A model generated the notes under the pieces. It was given only the letters and a program-made list of their open reading frames with translations, was not told the origin of the DNA and searched no databases. This document shows, in pieces, positions 13,910-26,364 of a DNA stretch of 64,000 bases. Position 1 is the first letter of the stretch; every line of letters starts with the position of its first letter. The stretch spans positions 41,850,001 to 41,914,000 of the forward strand of contig OZ024753.1 of the NCBI GenBank assembly GCA_964016885.1, written 5' to 3'. The DNA is from Eledone cirrhosa. Its lineage: Eukaryota. Both the position numbers and the translations under genes were made by a program.

Positions 13910-14226
13910 ATATAAATGATTCGAGAATAAACAAGACAAACACATAGGTGCTAAAACACGAAGTCTTATTAAATAAATTAGGGAGCGGTTTCTGGTCTGT
14001 GTATGAACATAAATAAATCATATATATATATATATATATAAAGAAACACAACTGAGAGGAATGTTTGGCAATTTAATTTCGGATTAAACCTAACAAAATT
14101 ATAAAACATGTCAGCACCATCGTAATTCCGTTAAAATGATATTACCAATGATGGAAGTTTTCTCCGAAATATCATTATATATTTTGAACTTACTTGTTTT
14201 TGAACGTCAGCATCGCTTAATGCCAT
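859..14226 (-). CDS. ATP6V1E1: V-type proton ATPase subunit E, gene span of coding exons 1-7 (3' exons lie left of the window)
   Basis: Seven GT-AG exons (33, 66, 110, 67, 90, 69, 95 nt) join in frame: [84 protein letters not shown]..., the recognisable V1-E N-terminus. Confidence 0.96.
1081..1149 (-). CDS. ATP6V1E1: ATP6V1E exon 6 ([23 protein letters not shown])
   Basis: Poly-T tract plus TAG acceptor, GTGAGT donor, 69 nt. Confidence 0.93.
1259..1400 (-). mobile_element. piggyBac-like MITE family 1, partial, reverse orientation
   Basis: TTAA-CCCTTTAGCATTTACATTACTCTATAT, the reverse complement of the family-1 right end. Confidence 0.65.
1668..5414 (+). mobile_element. piggyBac-like MITE family 1 carrying an internal 3.6-kb satellite
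   Basis: Begins TTTAGCATTTAAACTGGCCAGAATTCTCTC and ends TAAATGATAAAGGG-TTAA; colinear with the intact copy at 23430-23643. Confidence 0.75.
1797..5403. repeat. 71/73-bp tandem satellite, about 50 copies
   Basis: Unit GAGATAAATATGCGAGGTAAAGCTTTTACTGTGAAAA(CA)CAATAGTAAATATAGAGTAATGTAAATGTTATGT. Confidence 0.97.
5490..5579 (-). CDS. ATP6V1E1: ATP6V1E exon 5 ([30 protein letters not shown])
   Basis: TAG acceptor, GTAAAT donor, 90 nt. Confidence 0.93.
5750..6912. repeat. 48-bp minisatellite from an internal SINE module
   Basis: Unit CCTCTTTACAGGGTGTACTGGGAACATTCTATCATAGCACCAGTACAA; degenerates rightwards. Confidence 0.9.
7034..7100 (-). CDS. ATP6V1E1: ATP6V1E exon 4 ([22 protein letters not shown])
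   Basis: CAG acceptor, GTAAAT donor, 67 nt; completes the split Ile codon. Confidence 0.95.
7218..7458 (+). mobile_element. RTE-clade (Expander/Rex3-like) LINE 3' fragment
   Basis: Degenerate translation [40 protein letters not shown]...LPPRP with GAA tail; same family at 59090-59585. Confidence 0.75.
7482..7812 (-). mobile_element. Young tRNA-derived SINE with CORE-like central domain
   Basis: A/B-box-like head (GTGGTTAGAGC...GAGTTCAATTC), CCTTGAGCAAGA-ACTT domain, GGAAGGGCATCC module and (GAT)n tail; near-identical to 29435 and 56443 copies. Confidence 0.85.
8269..8378 (-). CDS. ATP6V1E1: ATP6V1E exon 3 ([36 protein letters not shown])
   Basis: CAG acceptor, GTAGGT donor, 110 nt. Confidence 0.95.
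8405..8606. repeat. (CAT/CAC)n trinucleotide tract
   Basis: Direct reading. Confidence 0.85.
8868..8995 (+). mobile_element. RTE-like LINE ORF-end fragment
   Basis: Translates [21 protein letters not shown], resembling the RTE C-terminal GxRxRGRPxxxW motif. Confidence 0.55.
9597..9662 (-). CDS. ATP6V1E1: ATP6V1E exon 2 ([22 protein letters not shown])
   Basis: TAG acceptor, GTTAGT donor, 66 nt, phase 0/0. Confidence 0.95.
11311..11668. repeat. 48-bp minisatellite, about 7.5 near-identical copies, same SINE module
   Basis: Unit ACCACTTTACACAGTGTATTAGGTACATTTTATCATGGCACCAACACT. Confidence 0.92.
12583..12780 (-). mobile_element. Second tRNA-derived SINE family
   Basis: ACTGGTACTTTATTTTATCGA-CCCCGTAAGGATGAAAGGCAAAG...GGATTT-G-ACTCAG; further copies near 18790-19160, 32150-32415, 36565-36860, 51810-51950. 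Confidence 0.7.
14194..14226 (-). CDS. ATP6V1E1: ATP6V1E coding exon 1 ([11 protein letters not shown])
   Basis: ATG at 14226; GTAAGT donor follows 14194. Confidence 0.95.
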
Positions 14227-14864
14227 TTTGTCAGATTTTAAGATAACTGGAAGCAAAATATAATGGAAGCAGATAAAAGAGACGAACGGATCTCTCAAAG
14301 AATTTTTCTCGTGACTGTCTTTGACCTTCACTGTCAGATAATAGTGGGCGGTGCAGTCGTATATTGTTTCGTATACATGTTTGTTTTGCAATTTTTCTGT
14401 TATTTTAAAAATATTTAGAATATATTTTCTGGTGTCAAAATAGTTAAAGTTATTTTTAAAATTATATTATGAAAAAATAATATTAAATTTTATTGATTAC
14501 GATTTATTATATATGTTCAGTGTATGTAAACAAAAATTGCTTCTTTGTCACACGGTGTATTATAAAAATGTGTATCTTCTAAATTGATTACCATCAGCTG
14601 ATTGCGATAATGAAACAACTTTAACCGTGATGATAGCTTATTTTCTAATCTATTGTATACGACATACAAAATACACGTTATAAGACTCCCAGACAATATT
14701 AAATAAACAGATTAAATGTTTTGTTCGGTTGCAATTCAAGTCAAAGTATCTATGCCTGAGGATTAGGTCGCAAATTCGATCCCTCTTAAAATCTGGAGAT
14801 ATGATCAATATTGGACCTTGAAATCTTAAGTAGAGCTTTTGTTCCGTGTATGAACATAAACTAT

Positions 14865-14969
14865 AAGTCGCTGGCTGGACTAAAAGGTCACACTTGTTCA
14901 GCGCATCGGTAGGGGTTCTCCTACATGGATATAAAGTAGTGGCCGTACTCGAAAACGAGTTGGCAGCCA

Positions 14970-14972
<3 letters not shown>
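14865..14972 (+). mobile_element. 5'-truncated RTE-type LINE 3' end abutting (TA)n
   Basis: Same sequence as 33738-33890 in the opposite orientation. Confidence 0.6.
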
Positions 14973-15033
<61 letters not shown>

Positions 15034-15969
15034 TATAAACATACACACACACGAGTACACATTTAATATATAGATATACTACAAAAGAATGGATACAAAT
15101 AAACACACTTTATATAAATAAAACAGTCTGCCAAGACCCACACATCACAATAAGGGGTGCTGGGGTTTCCCTTTAATAAGTTTGAGGCTAGAAAATACAC
15201 TGACAATATTGCAAGAGTTTGATAGCGAGATTGCAGGGGAGATTAATCTGTAGCACCTCTCTAGACATTAGACAGCGGTCATGCTGGAACACTGCCTTGA
15301 TTCTGCCGAATCATATCGCGGCCCCAATACTTATTTTTGAAACATAGCACTTGTTTTATCGATCTCTATCTTAGGGAACCGCCAGATTACGTGGAATTAA
15401 TATTGACATAAATACTCTCATATATATATATACATACTGTATGTGTGTGTAGAATTTGGTAGACGAAAACTAGAGAAGCTCATCGTGTGTATATGTATAT
15501 GTATATATATACAGATAGATAGAGGAGAGAGAGAGTGGGGTGTATATAATATAGGACGGGCTTCAGTCGTTTCCGTCTACTAAATCCCACTAACAATGCT
15601 TGTCAATGTTCATTCAAAAATCGCGACCCATTAAGCCATGCGACTTTACAGGCAAGCCTTTACTAATTTAAAATTCATACGAAAACGATATTTATTCGTT
15701 TCAGCCACTCAATAAAGCCATTGCTGTTGTTATGTTGTTACATTCTTCTTTATCGTTAGTTTTGTTTTTTTAACTACGCACGTAATCGGCGAAAGGCTGT
15801 CTTAACTCATGGACAGTCCAATATAGACTTTTAGGTGCCCCTCTGGCACTTCAATCTTTCACCGCACTGCAGCAATATATATATATATATAAATGAAAAG
15901 TATAGAAATTATTGTAGCAAGAAGCCAACAGTATTCCATAATATATATATATGTATATATATATCCAGC

Positions 15970-16780
15970 CCACACGGTAAAGTGGTCGTGTAGGTGTCAC
16001 AACAAAAACACCCACTTCACACTGTAAAATGGTCGTGTAGGTGACAAGACAAAAACACCCAGTTCACACTGTAAAGTGGTTGTGTAGGTGTCACGACAAA
16101 CACACCCAGTTCACACTGTAAAGTGGTCGTGTAGGTGACACGACAAACACACCCAGTTCACACTGTAAAGTGGTCGTGTAGGTGTCACGACAAACACACC
16201 CAGTTCACACTGTAAAGTGGTCGTGTAGGTGTCACGACAAACACACCCAGTTCACACTGTAAAGTGGTCGTGTAGGTGACACGACAAAAACACCCAGTTC
16301 ACACTGTAAAGTGGTCGTGTAGGTGACAAGACAAAAACACCCAGTTCACACTGTAAAGTAGTTGTGTAGGTGTCAAGACAAAAACACCCAGTTCACACTG
16401 TAAAGTGGTCGTGTAGGTGACACGACAAAAACACCCAGTTCACACGACAAACATCACTCAGTTCACACTGTAAAGTGGTCGTGTTGGTGTGACGACAAAA
16501 AGCACCCAGCACACGCTATAAAGTGGTCGTGTAGGTGCCACGACAAACAGCACTCGGCCCACACTATAAAGTGGTCGTGTAGGTGCCACGACAAAAATCG
16601 CCCAGCACACTGTAAATGTGGTTGGTGTTAGGAAGGGCATCCAGCCGTAGAAATCAAGTCAAAAACAGTCCTATATGGGCCAGGCATGGTCACCTGAACC
16701 AACTTGCCGCTAATGGGACAACCCGTCTAACCCATGCTAGCGTGGAAAATGGACGTTTTAATAAACGATGATGATGATTA
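15970..16780 (+). repeat. SINE 3' half with internal 47-bp minisatellite (about 13 copies)
   Basis: Unit CCCAGTTCACACTGTAAAGTGGTCGTGTAGGTGACACGACAAAAACA runs directly into GGTGTTAGGAAGGGCATCC...(GAT)n. Confidence 0.88.
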
Positions 16781-17507
16781 TATATATATATCAAAGACTA
16801 AAAAAAAACGTCCACTAACTAGCTCAGATATTTCTTTAAGTGACACAGGATCGTATTATATACCATGGCCTGTCCCCTAGGCTTTTAGGTACTTCTATCA
16901 CTTCAATGTTACCCCCACTACAGTAAATATATGTGTGTGTGTGTGTGTGTTTTGAAGGGTCCCTTAGTTCTTACAGAGCCCCTAGGGCTCCAGGCTAGTC
17001 AGCCCTATGAATAAATAAATAAATAATAGGACGCGTCTGAAAAGATTACCCAACATATGTAAGTGTAATCTGTATAAGGTTATTGTTGTTGAATGAACTA
17101 CTAACCAACTGCAGATAACTCAACACAATTGTGTCTGCTTGGATATCGTCAGTTGGGAACAGTGTGGCTCATGTTTAATGAAGCGAAAATCCTTTGTTGT
17201 TAAACCACCTGGTCGAATTTAAGCTCAGCAAAAATTTTGCAAATCTTTTGTTACAAATTACGCGCTTTTTCTCCTTTTTTTTCAATTCTTTCCAGCAGCT
17301 GATAGCATAATTTTAACAAATGTTCCTTTCTTTTCTCTCATTTCAATTACATTCTATCTCCTCCTCACGATTTTTGTTATTTTTATCAAATTATAAATAA
17401 ATCACTTTGAAATAGTAATATCGATTTAATTCTTTTGATACCAAACCGCCCGAAAACGTCTCTGGTTGGCTCTATGATACAAATGTATGGTTTAAAGTGT
17501 TTATATG

Positions 17508-17590
17508 TACAGGATGTCCCCCAAAAATGTATACACACGTCGATAGCATTCTAATCAAAGTGTGTATACATTTTTGGGGGACACCCTGTA
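17508..17590. mobile_element. Tiny Tc1/mariner-type MITE nested in a family-2 MITE
   Basis: TA-CAGGATGTCCCCCAAAAATGTATACACAC ... GTGTGTATACATTTTTGGGGGACACCCTG-TA terminal inverted repeats; related copies near 29300-29432 and 42343. Confidence 0.75.
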
Positions 17591-19438
17591 TGTGAATATA
17601 TATATATAACACTTTTTAGTATCATTTCATGTAAGAACCTTTGTTAAGTTGTGTTCCAAACACCAACTTATATTTTTACTAAATCCCTCCCATCACACTT
17701 CTTTATTATTTTTAAAAAGATTTGAAAATTATTAGACAGTGTTTCATAAGAATTTATGAAATGAGAATATATATTGTGTTAATATGTGTGTATATAGAAA
17801 TATAGATTGTGTAATATAGTGATATAGGCTGTTAGTGTTATATATAGTAATGTAGGTTATGGTGTGGTTTATTACATGTAGATATTGTTATATATAGTAA
17901 TATATATTGTTACATACAGACATATGGATTGTTATATATAGATATATAGGTTGTTATATATAGTAATGTAGGTTATGGTGTTGTTATATGTAGATATAGT
18001 AAGATATTGTTATATATATATATATAGGTTATTATATATATTGAGTATAGTAATGTAGGCTGTGGTGTTGTTATGTGTAGGTAAACAAATATTGAATGTG
18101 TGTCGTGTTGTGTATTATGTGAACATATAGAAATAATAATTTTTACATCTTATATTTAAATATTTTTAGATTCTATTACATCAGTGTGTTTGTTCTTTAG
18201 GGGGCTGGGAGATTCATGAGGGGTGAGTGTTGTTAGAAAGCAAGAATATTGTTAGAAGGGAGGGTGGTGTTAGAAGCAAGGGGGGGTTGTTAGATAGCAA
18301 GGAGTGTTGTCAGAAGGCAAGGGCTTGAGGGGGTGGTGTCGTTAGATGGCATAGAGTGGTGGTGGGAGGAGGAAAAACAGCAAAGAATACAAATTAGTTG
18401 CCAGTAAAACTGTCACCTTTAGTTATTCAATAAATACTTAAATACAACAAACGTTTTAAGGCCATTGTCCCCAGCTAAACGAAAGGGTTTAGCAATGTGG
18501 GTCCCATGACAAGCTTCATACTCATGTTTTGGGGTTTTTTTCATTCTTCCAGAGTCAATAAAATAAAATACCAGTAAAATACTGGGGTTGATGGTAATCA
18601 ACTTTGCCCCCACCACCCCACAGACAAAAAAAAAACTTTGCTGGCCTTGTGTTTCAAATAGAAATCAATCTTAGCAGCTTGCATATAAATTGCTTTAGGT
18701 ATTCAGTGAATGTGAAATTCATGTAACACATTAAAGGCGCAAAAATATACCACAGCACATAATATAGGTTACGATAACTATTTTCTGAGGTGGTGAATTG
18801 ACAGTCGTTAGATTGATTGTGGTATAGCTCTGGCTCTCCGAGTTCAAATCCTGCAGATGTCAACTTTGCCTTTCATCCTTTCAAGGTTTATACAAAATAA
18901 AAAAATAAAAAAATACTAGTCCAGTCAATTCTATTGTGTGCTCTATCCTTCTCTGGAAGAAATCTGTTATATTCAGACCTGGAGAGATGGGTATCAATCT
19001 AGTACTGGGGTCAATTCTTCCTTCTTCCTCACTTTCTCTGAAAGAAATCTGCTGTATTCTGACCTGGAGAAAAAGGTGGACTCCCCCAGGCTTTAAAAAA
19101 TTACCCAAGAAATGCTTTATGTTACTACGGTTCCGTCATGAGTTACAGGACCATTCCATACCAACTATTTTCTATCTCAACACTGTTTCAGTAATAAATA
19201 TTGAATATCAAATTACTTAAAACGAATTCTGCTACTTACGAAAATACTGTATTTTCTAGTTCCAACAATCCTTAGGTTCTAAACTTCTGTTAGAGTTGTA
19301 GGGGCATTGTTGGGTATTTTAAACATGGTGGAGCCCATCCTAAGTCAGGGCTGAACACAGCCGGTTACTTACAGGGAGGAAGAATTGACCACAGTACTGG
19401 ACTGGTACTTTATTTATTTACCATGGAAAGATGAAATG

Positions 19439-19620
19439 TACGAGGGTCAGCTGAAAAGTCCATAGCCTGATCAAGATACTCTCATGGAATGACCAAATAA
19501 GGTTTATTTTTCAACATAGTCCCTGGAAAGAAACAATGCTGCTATTAATAAGTAAAGTTGAAATTAACGCATGCAAGATTTCACAGCTCTAGCATCATTC
19601 CTCAGTCAGCTTATTAAACT
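19439..19620 (+). mobile_element. mariner-type MITE
   Basis: TA-CGAGGGTCAGCTGAAAAGT terminus; copy at 41281-41470 ends ACTTTTCAGCTGACCCTCG-TA; another remnant at 52410-52500. Confidence 0.7.
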
Positions 19621-20159
19621 AATATTATTATGATTCACACACAAATACATTTAGGTATCGAACATGTTAGAGCAAAAACAAATTTTATTTTTGAATAAAA
19701 GAGCATAAATTCACAAAATATAAAATAAAAAAATAACAAAACTCAAAAAATAGAGGTAAGCCTTTATTAGATTAAAAAAAAAAATTAATAAATGGAATTA
19801 AAAATTAATTCATAAAAATAATCACTCACTGTCATAGTCATCATCTTGAAGAAGATATTCTTCAAAACAACAACCGAACACATTTGAAAGCAGCCATCAA
19901 ATTCAAAAAAAGCAAATTACATTTTTCTAGTAAAATTTCAAATTTTTGGTTCTTTCATTGTTAGCTTGAAACATTCAATTTTTTTTTATTTTTTTTTATT
20001 TTTATCACATGGGGGTAAATATTTTCTGAAACCCGTACACCAGAATATATTAAGTTTCAAACACATTTTGGATTGATATGGCCTTATTATAAGTTTTTTT
20101 ATTTATTTATTTTTTTTTTTAAACAACTATTTGGTTGTTGTTTATTAAGCATGCATTAT

Positions 20160-20421
20160 TTAACCTTTTTGGGTACCAAACCACTTGAAACCACCCCTGC
20201 TTCTATGACACAAAACTGTTTTGTTTTGAAGTGTTTATATTTATCGTAAATCCTTCCATCATAATTTTATGTAAGATCGCATATTATATTCCAAACACCA
20301 GCTTAATAACGAGAAAGTTAGTTATATTACTAAATTCCTCAAAAGTCTTAATTATTTTCAAAATAATTTCAAAAATCATAGGCAGTGTCTTCCATTAGAA
20401 ATATAATAACGAAAGGGTTAA
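20160..20421 (+). mobile_element. piggyBac-like MITE family 2, full length
   Basis: TTAA-CCTTTT...GAAAGGG-TTAA; homologous copies near 17435, 21490, 23135, 24210, 25060, 61900. Confidence 0.7.
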
Positions 20422-23400
20422 ATATCTTCTTCTTCACATTTCTCCTAAAGTTGGTTAGTTTAGTTCTTGCAGTGAACTTGGAAGCAGGATAAGTCTCTCT
20501 TATAGTGCTACCATTTAATAAATATATTGGCAGAAGAATTATTCTTTATTAAATTGAAATATTTTAGACAGTACTTATTAAAACCTCTGCTTTGGATAAA
20601 ATTGGAATGGAATAGTGTTTATAAAAGAAACACTTCTTGTGTTTAATAATAACAGTCTGAAGATAAAAAATATTTTTTTTTTTACAAAGCAAGTTTTGTT
20701 TATAGAAAAAATTCTCAGAACTTTCACTTTTCTTCCAAACACAAATCAAGAAAAAACAAAAAGCAAATGGTATCCTTGAAAATCAAAATAAATAAAAATA
20801 AATACAAGGAAATCTTTGAAAATATTTCAAAGACAGACCCAATATTATTCCTGTTTGTAATTACGAATACAAAAGAAAAAAAAAAAAAAAAAAAAAAAAG
20901 AGTCGATCAATTGATCGGACCAAGGAAGCAATGTTTCCATTGCTAAAATATTATTATCTGCCAGTTGTAACTCATGGTAGAAGTTTTTTACACTCAATAA
21001 ACACAATGTACCATCTGGTCCAGGAATCAAAACCACAACCTTATGAGTGTGAATCCAGCATCCTAACCATGAGGCCATGTGCCTTTAAAAAAAATGAAAA
21101 TGAAAATGAAAATAAAAAAAGCAAGACACACTTATAATAAGCAAAGAACCCTGCACACTTTCTTAATTTAAAATATCAGAGGAAGCAAAAGGTAGTTATG
21201 AAGAGAGAAAAGAACCCTGCACACTTTCTTAATTTAAAATATCAGAGAAATAAAAGGTAGTTATGAAGAGAGAAAAAGAGGGAAGTAGAAAATGGTGATA
21301 GTAATTCTGAAAATAGAAATATAAAACTTGGTTTATCCTTGGTTACCCTGCCAGCAAGGGTTATTTAATATATCACAGCTCCGCTGAAAGACATTTTCAA
21401 GGAATTTAGACAAGTCAGCCACAGGATCTGTTTTATTCCTAATTCTTTTATTTTTTTATATAAAATGGTTCTGAAAAGAAGGAACCGTTTTAATCATTTT
21501 CATACCAACCTGGCCAAAACCAGGTCTGGTTCTATGAAAGAAAATGACCTTTTAAAGGGTTCCTGTTTAAATTAAAATCTTGTAGTGCACCTGAGCATTG
21601 TACACAATTTCATTATTATAATTTTATGTTAAGTTACTATCTTAGTAATGAAATAATCAATAATTTTAGTAAATCCCTCAAAATTCTTCATTAATTAATT
21701 AAAATAGTGTGTATTTCATTAGAAATACAGTCACAAAAGGGTTAGAGCCCCTAATTAAATTGAATCTCTCAAAATACGGTCACATAAAGGTTTAAATATT
21801 GGAATAGAAAGAACTACAGAGTGAAAAGGCTTAAAAGAACTCTCTGAAGATAGTGAGTTACTCCTAAAATATTTTTTTTCTGGGAGAAAATTTGTTAAAA
21901 ATGTAAAAAAAATAATAAAACTGACATTGGGGTATTTTAAACGATTCAAACAAGATTAGTATGTGACAGTGCTGTTAACGATATACTAATTACAATAACG
22001 TTCACAGTAATAACATATATATACAAAGATAATGACATTGAATATAAAATTAGAGAAATTGTCTTGAAATTCCTCTATGGTGAACAAGCACCAAATCAGA
22101 GCCAATATTTATATATTTATATATAAATGGCTGCATGTTTCCCCCAAGCACTGCCATAAAACTATGTCTTGTAAAAGACAAATGACAAACAAAATACATG
22201 TCTTCATATTTAGACATAATGAACACTATTTGACCCCAAAACATACTAAAAAAAAAAAAAAAAAAAAGAGAAAATATCGAAAACCAAACATAATTTAACT
22301 TCAAACATTGAAAATATCTTAATAGCATGCAGGACATTAAAACATTAAATATTTATCTAGCTTTTTTAGTTAACCAAATTTTCTCCATTAGACAAAAATA
22401 ATCACGTTATGCCACAAACACCAATTTAACCCTTTAACATATAAACCGGCTTAAACTGGTTGTATCCAGTCAGAATTCTCTTACCCCTTTCCAAACTGCC
22501 CGTAACTGGTTGCTCATACTTAAGGTATTGTTCTCAAAATAAATAACATCAAAATCTAGGATTCGATATTATGTGAGATAAAGTTTTTACTGTGAAAATA
22601 TAATAGTAAATATAGAGTAATGTAAATGCTAAAGCGTGAATAATGAGAAAATTAATTGTATTTCTAAATCCCTCTGGATTCTGGTTTCTTGTCAAAATTA
22701 TTTGAAAATAACTGAAAGTGTCTTAAGAAATATGTTTACGAAAGGGATAGAAATTGAACAGGAAAGGAAAAGAGCTGATCGATAAATCAATAAATCAAAC
22801 CAAAGAAACTATTGCTGATATTATCTATTGATCGCAACTCTCCACAGAAATCCTTTCAAATATATTATTATTGCTACATAAATCAAGCAATAATACTTCT
22901 TTCTTAATTCTTCTGAAATTAGTTTCTTTAAACAAATTAAAATTAAGAAACTCAGAATTTAAGGAACCCTTGCTAGCAAGGAAAACAGACATTATATGAT
23001 GATGTTTTCTAATTAAAAGCGAGAATATTAGGAGTGTAAGAGGACTCTGCCACCAAGACCCTTTTAGGAATAAGTGGGCGAAGAAGAGAAAAAGAAGATT
23101 TCTAATTAATTAGTAAACCTATAGTTGATAGTATCAACCCTTTTATCAGTAACCACCCCTGATACTAAGACACAAAACTGTTTGTTTTTAAAGTGTTTAT
23201 ATTTAACTAAAACACCTTCCCTCGTAAGTTTATGCAAGAGCCTTTGTTAAGCTATGTTCCAAACACCAGCTTAATAACGAGAAAGTTAGTTATATTACTA
23301 AATACTTTCAAACTCTGGGTGATTTTTAAAGTTACTTGAAAATTAAACAGTGTTTTTCATTAAAAATATGGTTATGAAAGGGTTAATTTTATAATACATC

Positions 23401-23429
23401 CAATACAAATTATGAAAAGAAAATGAACA

Positions 23430-23643
23430 TTAACTCTTTAGCATTTAAAACGGCTGTAGCTGGCCAGAATTCTCTCTCCTCTTTCTGTTCAAACCAGCTG
23501 TAATCAGCTGCTCATACCAATGTTAAGGTATTGTTCTCAAAATAAATAACATCAAAATCTCAGATTCGATATTATGTGAGATAAAACCTTTACCACAAAA
23601 ATGCAATAGTAAATATAGAGTAATGTAAATGCTAAAGGGTTAA
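23430..23643 (+). mobile_element. piggyBac-like MITE family 1, full length
   Basis: TTAA-CTCTTTAGCATTTA ... TAAATGCTAAAGGG-TTAA: 14-bp TIR with TTAA target duplication. Confidence 0.8.
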
Positions 23644-23774
23644 AGTAAATGAAGAACCCATTAAATATAAAAGGACTTTACAATATCCAATAATATATAG
23701 AGATGTATATATTCAATGTTGTTAAATTATTGAAATAAATTATAACTAGCCATTATTGTTGTCATTTTACATAG

Positions 23775-24017
23775 AATATAAGAATGGTAGATTGTATGGA
23801 ATATAAGAATGGTAGATTGTATGGAATATAAGAATGGTAGATTGTATGGAATATAAGAATGGTAGATTGTATGGAACATAAGAATGGTAGATTGTATGGA
23901 ATATAAGAATGGTAGATTGTATGGAACATAAGAATGGTAGATTGTATGGAATATAAGAATGGTACATTGCATGGAATATAAGAATGGTAGATTGTATGGA
24001 ATATAAGAATGGTAGAT
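23775..24017. repeat. 25-bp minisatellite, about 10 copies
   Basis: Unit GAATATAAGAATGGTAGATTGTATG. Confidence 0.93.
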
Positions 24018-25523
24018 CGAATGAAGCACCAAAAAAAGAAAAAAGTTTCATTTTCTTTTAGCTAGCTTACAGACAGAATAAGTCGTAGAATATAATAATT
24101 GGTACAGAAATAACGAAATATAAATATTAGAATATCTAAAATATATGAAGTTAGAAAATACAAAACTTTACAATTTGTATATTTTATGTTTATAAGGGTG
24201 TACAGGGAGTTTAACCCTTTCATTACCAACTTGGTTGAAACTACTGACTTTAAAGGATTTCTATTTAAATTAAAATCTTTCAATATAATTTGTATATAAG
24301 AATCATGTTAAGTTGCTATCTTAGCAATTATATAAGTGATAATTTTGGTAAATTCCTAAACATTCGTTAAATTGAAATACAGTGTTCCTAATAATTTTTC
24401 AACATAATTTGTATATAAGAACCACGCATTGAGTTACTATATTAGCAATGAAATAATAAAATAATTTTGGTAAATCCCTAAAAATTTGTAATTAATTAAA
24501 TACCTACTAGGGTATTAATCTTTATTTTTGTACAAACTTTCTCAAATTTATTTTCCTATCATAAAATTTAAAGCATAATGAATATTACTGAGAAAGAATT
24601 TAGTACAAAACACCATTAGAAAAACACTAACATAAACATTAAGAAAAATCTGAAAGTTACAGCTCAGACCTACGTAGGTTTAGTTGGCTTCTTACAATGC
24701 TGCATGTCATAGGAGGTTTCTCAAGCATTTTGAATGATAGGGGCCCCAGTCCTATCATGAAAAGTAATATGAAATGAAGTGACTTATTCAAGAACATATG
24801 CACTACTTGGTCCAAGAATCAAACCCATGACCTTATTCTCATGAGTCCAACACCTTAACTACTTGACCATATGTCTTCACTTCAGTAAAAAAATTAAGCT
24901 GCTCATAAATTATGTTGCGTATTTGTTGGATTTACTGATCTCGTCAGTATATTTATTTAACCCTGCCATCATGTCCAACTATTTTCAAGCCTCCATAGAA
25001 AGAGGATTTATGACAGCATAAACAATGATAAATTTAAAGAGTAGAACATTTAAAATACTTTCTGATACCGAACCATTTGAAACCACCCCTGCTATTATCA
25101 TACAGAACTGTTGGTTTTAAAGTGTTTATATTTAGCTAAAAAATCTTCCATCATTTTATGTAAGAACTTTTTGTTTAAATTATGCTCCAAACACCAGTTT
25201 AATAATGTAAAAGTTATATTACTAAAACTCTCAAAATTCATGATTATTTTCAGAATCAAAGACAATGTCTTTCGTTAAAAGTATTGTAACACATGGATTA
25301 AACAGGGTCTTTCATTAGAAATTTTGACTAAAAATCCATCTAAAAACAAAAATAATTGCAGGAATAACATTATTTGGCTGGTTATTATTGTTGTTTTGTT
25401 TTATAAAATGGTGCATCATTGCTCGTTCTCATATTGAAAATTCATGACAAAGACTTCCTACATGTTATCAGTAGAAATAATTAATTATACACAGATGGTT
25501 TAGAAACAATAGTACTCAATATA

Positions 25524-25816
25524 TACTCTCAGGTCCCAAATAATTACCCCCTTCCTTCAGCTTATTCATTTTTCAGATTTTTTCCAATCTCCTGCTCTTA
25601 TTCGAACTCCCCGCTTATTAAATTTTGCTAATCTATCTCCAGCAAAATTTTATTTTAAGTGGTAGCGTTCCTGCGACAATTAATTTTCTTTATATATTAA
25701 AAAAAAAAGAAACATTATACATGTCTAAAAAAAAAAGTACATTACTAGAAATCCCATATGTTATAAAATAAATAGGATGGGTTGGGGTCTCAATATGTAA
25801 ACTAAACGACTAATTC

Positions 25817-25852
<36 letters not shown>

Positions 25853-25940
25853 ATGGAAGAGGCAACCTAGAAAAATTACTGATTTTTCAAGCCACTGTTT
25901 ATTCCATCCATCCACCCCTATTATTTGCGACCCAAGAGTA
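25524..25940. mobile_element. TA-flanked TIR element (Tc1/mariner-superfamily MITE)
   Basis: TA-CTCTCAGGTCCCAAATAAT ... ATTATTTGCGACCCAAGAG-TA. Confidence 0.6.
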
Positions 25941-26067
25941 CAGAATTCTGAAGACAGATGGCAGCAGTAGTTAAATGATTTACAACCATTTAACAGTTTC
26001 AAGTTCATTTGAAGATTAAAAATTAAATATAAAAATGTGTTTAACATCTGGTGACTGGAGTTTTTCA

Positions 26068-26115
<48 letters not shown>

Positions 26116-26323
26116 TAAAATATATATATATATATATATATAAAATATATATATATATATATATTCAAACAATGTATATATAACCATATAAGTATAATAT
26201 ATATACATACAATGTATATATAATGTACAATATATATACATACAAACAATATATGTATATATAAACATACATGTATATAGACAAACAATGTATAATATAT
26301 AAACATACAAGTATAATACATAT

Positions 26324-26364
<41 letters not shown>

